Source: Cyanobacteria bacterium J06638_20 | Lineage (GTDB): Bacteria > Cyanobacteriota > Cyanobacteriia > Elainellales > Elainellaceae | Length of the DNA stretch: 64,000 bases | Assembly (NCBI GenBank): GCA_039819245.1 | Contig: JBCBSJ010000001.1 | Location: forward strand, 21,941 to 85,940 | Direction: 5' to 3' | Shown: piece by piece, positions 61,901 to 64,000 of the stretch | Numbering within the stretch: the stretch's first letter is position 1 | Layout of the letters: every line of letters begins with the position of its first letter | The notes under the pieces: model-generated | Database searches by the model: none | Seen by the model: only the letters and a program-made list of their open reading frames with translations | What the model was told of the DNA's origin: nothing | Position numbers and translations under genes: made by a program

Positions 61901-63060
61901 TTAGTCCCGATGGTAACTTCATCGTCTCGGGGGGCGCTGATCACACGGTGCGTCTCTGGCGACGGGACGGGACGCCTATTTCAGTCCTCCAGGGGCATAC
62001 TGATTGGGTTTGGTCGGTGGCGGTGAGCCCTGATGGGCAAACGATTGTTTCCGGTGGCGGCGATAATGTCGTGAGTCTGTGGCAGCTGAGTGATTTGTTC
62101 AAAGCGCTGGAGGGGCATCCGACGGAAGTTTGGGATGTGGCCTTCAGTCCGGATGAGACGCTGATTGCGACCGCTGTCGGGGATGGTTCGGTCTGGGTTT
62201 GGGATCAAGCAGGCGGGCTCAAGCAGACCATTGAAGCGCACACGGGTGGCGTTGAACAGGTCACCTTTAGTCCGGATAGCCAAACCCTGGTTTCAGCCAG
62301 TTGGGACAACACGATCAAGCTGTGGGATTTAGACGGTACCCTACAACGCACGCTGGAGGGACACACGGATTGGGTGTTAGCGGTTCGCTACAGCCCGGAT
62401 GGCCAGTACCTCGCATCTAGTAGTGAAGATGGGACGGTGCGGTTGTGGACATCAGCTGGTGAAGCGATCGCGGTCATGGGCGAGAACACCTATGGGCCAG
62501 CGGATAGTGTGACCTTTAGCCCCGATGGGGAACACCTTGCCGTGGGCTACGGCGACAGCACCGTCCGCCTTTGGAATCTGTCAGGTGAGCTGGAAGCAGA
62601 ACTCGTAGGTCATGAGGGAGCCGTTTATGGGGTGACCTTTAGCCCCGATGGTGAGCGGATTGCCTCGACGGGGGCAGACCAAACGATTCGCCTCTGGAAT
62701 CGTGAGGGAAATTTGCTCAATACCCTGGTGGGACACGAGGATCAGATTTGGCGGGTCGTCTTCAGTCCGGATGGTCAACTGCTGGCTTCTGCCAGTAACG
62801 ACCACACGGTACGCATCTGGCAACGCGATGGTACTCTCCTGAAAACCCTGAAAGGGCATCAACAAGCGGTGGAAGGCATTCAGTTTAGCCCGGATGGTAA
62901 AACCCTGGCATCCGCTAGCTGGGATACCAAGGTCATTCTCTGGAATCTAGAAGCCTCGCTCAAAACCGATCCGCTTACCTACGGCTGCAACTGGATTCGC
63001 GACTATCTGACCCACAGTGCGGAAGTCGATGACAGCGATCGCCAGTTGTGCGGCATCTAA
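58933..63060 (+). CDS. Triple-TIR, single-TM, WD40-repeat protein
   Basis: DVFISY, DVFLSH and EVFLAY TIR starts; hydrophobic helix near aa 685-705; about 14 GH...FSPDG...W repeats. Confidence 0.9.
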   Translation: MNPLQDVFISYGRADSKPFAEKLHRHLVAQGLEVWFDFEDIPLGVDYQKQIDDGIEKADNFLFVIAPHSINSPYCCLEVELALKRKKRIIPLLHVPEISRDTWQQRNPNGTDEQWEAYKAAGKHSSFPNMHPVIGKINWVYCREGIDDFDTGFAGLLEILERDKAYVHEHTVLLTQALAWEAHQKRSHYLLTQTERQDAETWLRRRFSDRQPPCEPTVLHCEFITESIKAANRGMTDVFLSHATEDKPFTEAMRQTLMRQGMTVWTNYTDLTTGEEFLTAINHGIENADNLILVLSPDALDSQYCQDEIAYALSLNKRIIPVLLHPVDWEQLPEKLQSIQYIQYIDFSDWYGKPEALPVHDPAVSQLFNSLKQDAQYYHRHKLALHKALKWETQGRSESLLLRGNTLRQFEAWLGIATDRKTSMALPLQIDLIQASKALPPDAPVEVFLAYDSEDAEFASHLNDALQEQGKSVWFDDVYANADVDYQAELEEGIEQADNVIFVVPADPTASPAMQLLDHAVSLGKRMIPLALRPTDSLVAPEAIAALPQIDFHTHREDFYAHYSELVRTLDSDRDHVRGHTKWLNRAMEWEEQGRPSDALLRGNELAVAEIWLQEALEKLKQPLPTDRQKEFIHAGRAAIEAAERAAKERQEKMLQLQQERAQEAEARLHAEKRNARIQKFFLGAVSVGFAIACGLSVSTWLQYRQSLINALEATAESSAALFASDQKLKAVVEAVRAKRQLEKIPGQQPELEVLTDGVLQQAIYGAQATNHLMGHEDWVVSVGFSPNGELLASGGKDGALKLWQADGKLLHDLEGHEGGVWGLAFSPDDQHLISGGADNVLRIWDLDGKLLQTLEGHEATITSVAYSPDGQTIASASVDSTVRLWNAEGDSLAILDDHGDTVVSVALSPDGQVVASSDVEGNITLWTIDGEKKTVIEGHEGPVWNVTYSPDGEILASVGADGAIKLWNPEGEWLNTLEGHRDDVEGIAFSPDGNFIVSGGADHTVRLWRRDGTPISVLQGHTDWVWSVAVSPDGQTIVSGGGDNVVSLWQLSDLFKALEGHPTEVWDVAFSPDETLIATAVGDGSVWVWDQAGGLKQTIEAHTGGVEQVTFSPDSQTLVSASWDNTIKLWDLDGTLQRTLEGHTDWVLAVRYSPDGQYLASSSEDGTVRLWTSAGEAIAVMGENTYGPADSVTFSPDGEHLAVGYGDSTVRLWNLSGELEAELVGHEGAVYGVTFSPDGERIASTGADQTIRLWNREGNLLNTLVGHEDQIWRVVFSPDGQLLASASNDHTVRIWQRDGTLLKTLKGHQQAVEGIQFSPDGKTLASASWDTKVILWNLEASLKTDPLTYGCNWIRDYLTHSAEVDDSDRQLCGI

Positions 63061-63195
63061 ATCATCCGTCTACTGGTACCCCATAGTTTTGCTTCATAGG
63101 GGTTCTGATAATGATTTTTTCCTACAGACATTTCCATTGACTGTACTTAATGTTGTGTGAGTAAGGTTGGGATAACCGTCACCGGAGAAACCGTT

Positions 63196-63981
63196 ATGAA
63201 GCTTGATGGCAAAGTTGCCCTGGTAACAGGTAGCAGTCAGGGAATTGGGCAAGCGATCGCCATTCGTTTAGCTGAAGCAGGGGCAAAAGTTGTCATCAAC
63301 TATCGTTCTCATCCTGAAGGGGCTGAAGCAACGGTCAAACAGGTAAACGAAGCCCATACAGCTGAAGGCGACAGCGATCGCGGCTACAGTATCAGAGCTG
63401 ACCTCGGCATTCTTGAGGATATCCATCGCTTAGTTGCTGAGAGTATTGAGCACTTTGGTCAGATTGATATTCTGGTCAACAATGCGGGCATCGAAAAGCA
63501 CGCTCCCTTCTGGGAAGTGGAAGAGAAAGCCTTTGACGCCGTGATGAATGTGAACCTTAAGGGCGTCTTTTTTACGACTCAGGCCGTGGTTAAGCATCTG
63601 ATGACCACTCAGCGTCCCGGCAAAATTATCAACATCAGCTCAGTGCATGAAGATCTGCCCTTTCCCAACTTTGCTGCCTACTGTGCAAGCAAAGGTGGCC
63701 TCAAAATGTTGACGCGCAACCTGGCAGTTGAACTGGCCCCCTACGGCATCACGATTAATAACGTGGCACCGGGTGCGATTGAAACCCCAATCAACACCAA
63801 GCTGCTGAACGATCCTGAAAAGCTAAATGCATTGTTGGCAAATATTCCCTTAAATCGTTTGGGACAACCCGGCGACGTTGCCGGACTGGTGGAGTTTCTC
63901 GCGTCTGACGATGCCAACTACATTACAGGGAGCACCTTCTTTGTCGATGGTGGCCTCACCTGGAACTACCAAGAGCAGTAG
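63196..63981 (+). CDS. SDR oxidoreductase (glucose 1-dehydrogenase-like)
   Basis: TGSSQGIG, NNAG, ISSVHE, YCASK. Confidence 0.88.
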   Translation: MKLDGKVALVTGSSQGIGQAIAIRLAEAGAKVVINYRSHPEGAEATVKQVNEAHTAEGDSDRGYSIRADLGILEDIHRLVAESIEHFGQIDILVNNAGIEKHAPFWEVEEKAFDAVMNVNLKGVFFTTQAVVKHLMTTQRPGKIINISSVHEDLPFPNFAAYCASKGGLKMLTRNLAVELAPYGITINNVAPGAIETPINTKLLNDPEKLNALLANIPLNRLGQPGDVAGLVEFLASDDANYITGSTFFVDGGLTWNYQEQ

Positions 63982-64000
63982 AGTCAGTAAAGGATGTCAC

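Overview
Chromosomal window from a cyanobacterium (abundant HIP1 GCGATCGC, heptamer tandem repeats, several Uma2 genes), probably a filamentous non-heterocystous diazotroph (inference). It opens with one arm of a nif cluster: nifP/cysE, an Asr1405-like ORF, dps, an unlisted 44-aa ORF, nifV, nifT and a thioredoxin-like 2Fe-2S protein, with no nifZ. Housekeeping genes follow: tRNA-Gln, menH, a HerA-like ATPase, Lrp/LysE, an M23 peptidase, cydAB and ABC transporters. Signalling genes include an APC-permease/histidine-kinase fusion, a YqiJ/YqiK-like flotillin pair and a NACHT-pentapeptide protein. A hetR locus is preceded by a patX-like gene carrying three RGSGR motifs. A defence-like block near the end holds an MmeI-like Type IIL R-M gene with an AT-rich specificity segment, vapBC and a triple-TIR/WD40 protein. 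Non-coding highlights are two 150-bp MITE copies with target-site duplications (one splitting an S1-domain relic) and small dispersed repeats inserted in-frame into genes. All assignments are by eye from motifs; no searches were run.
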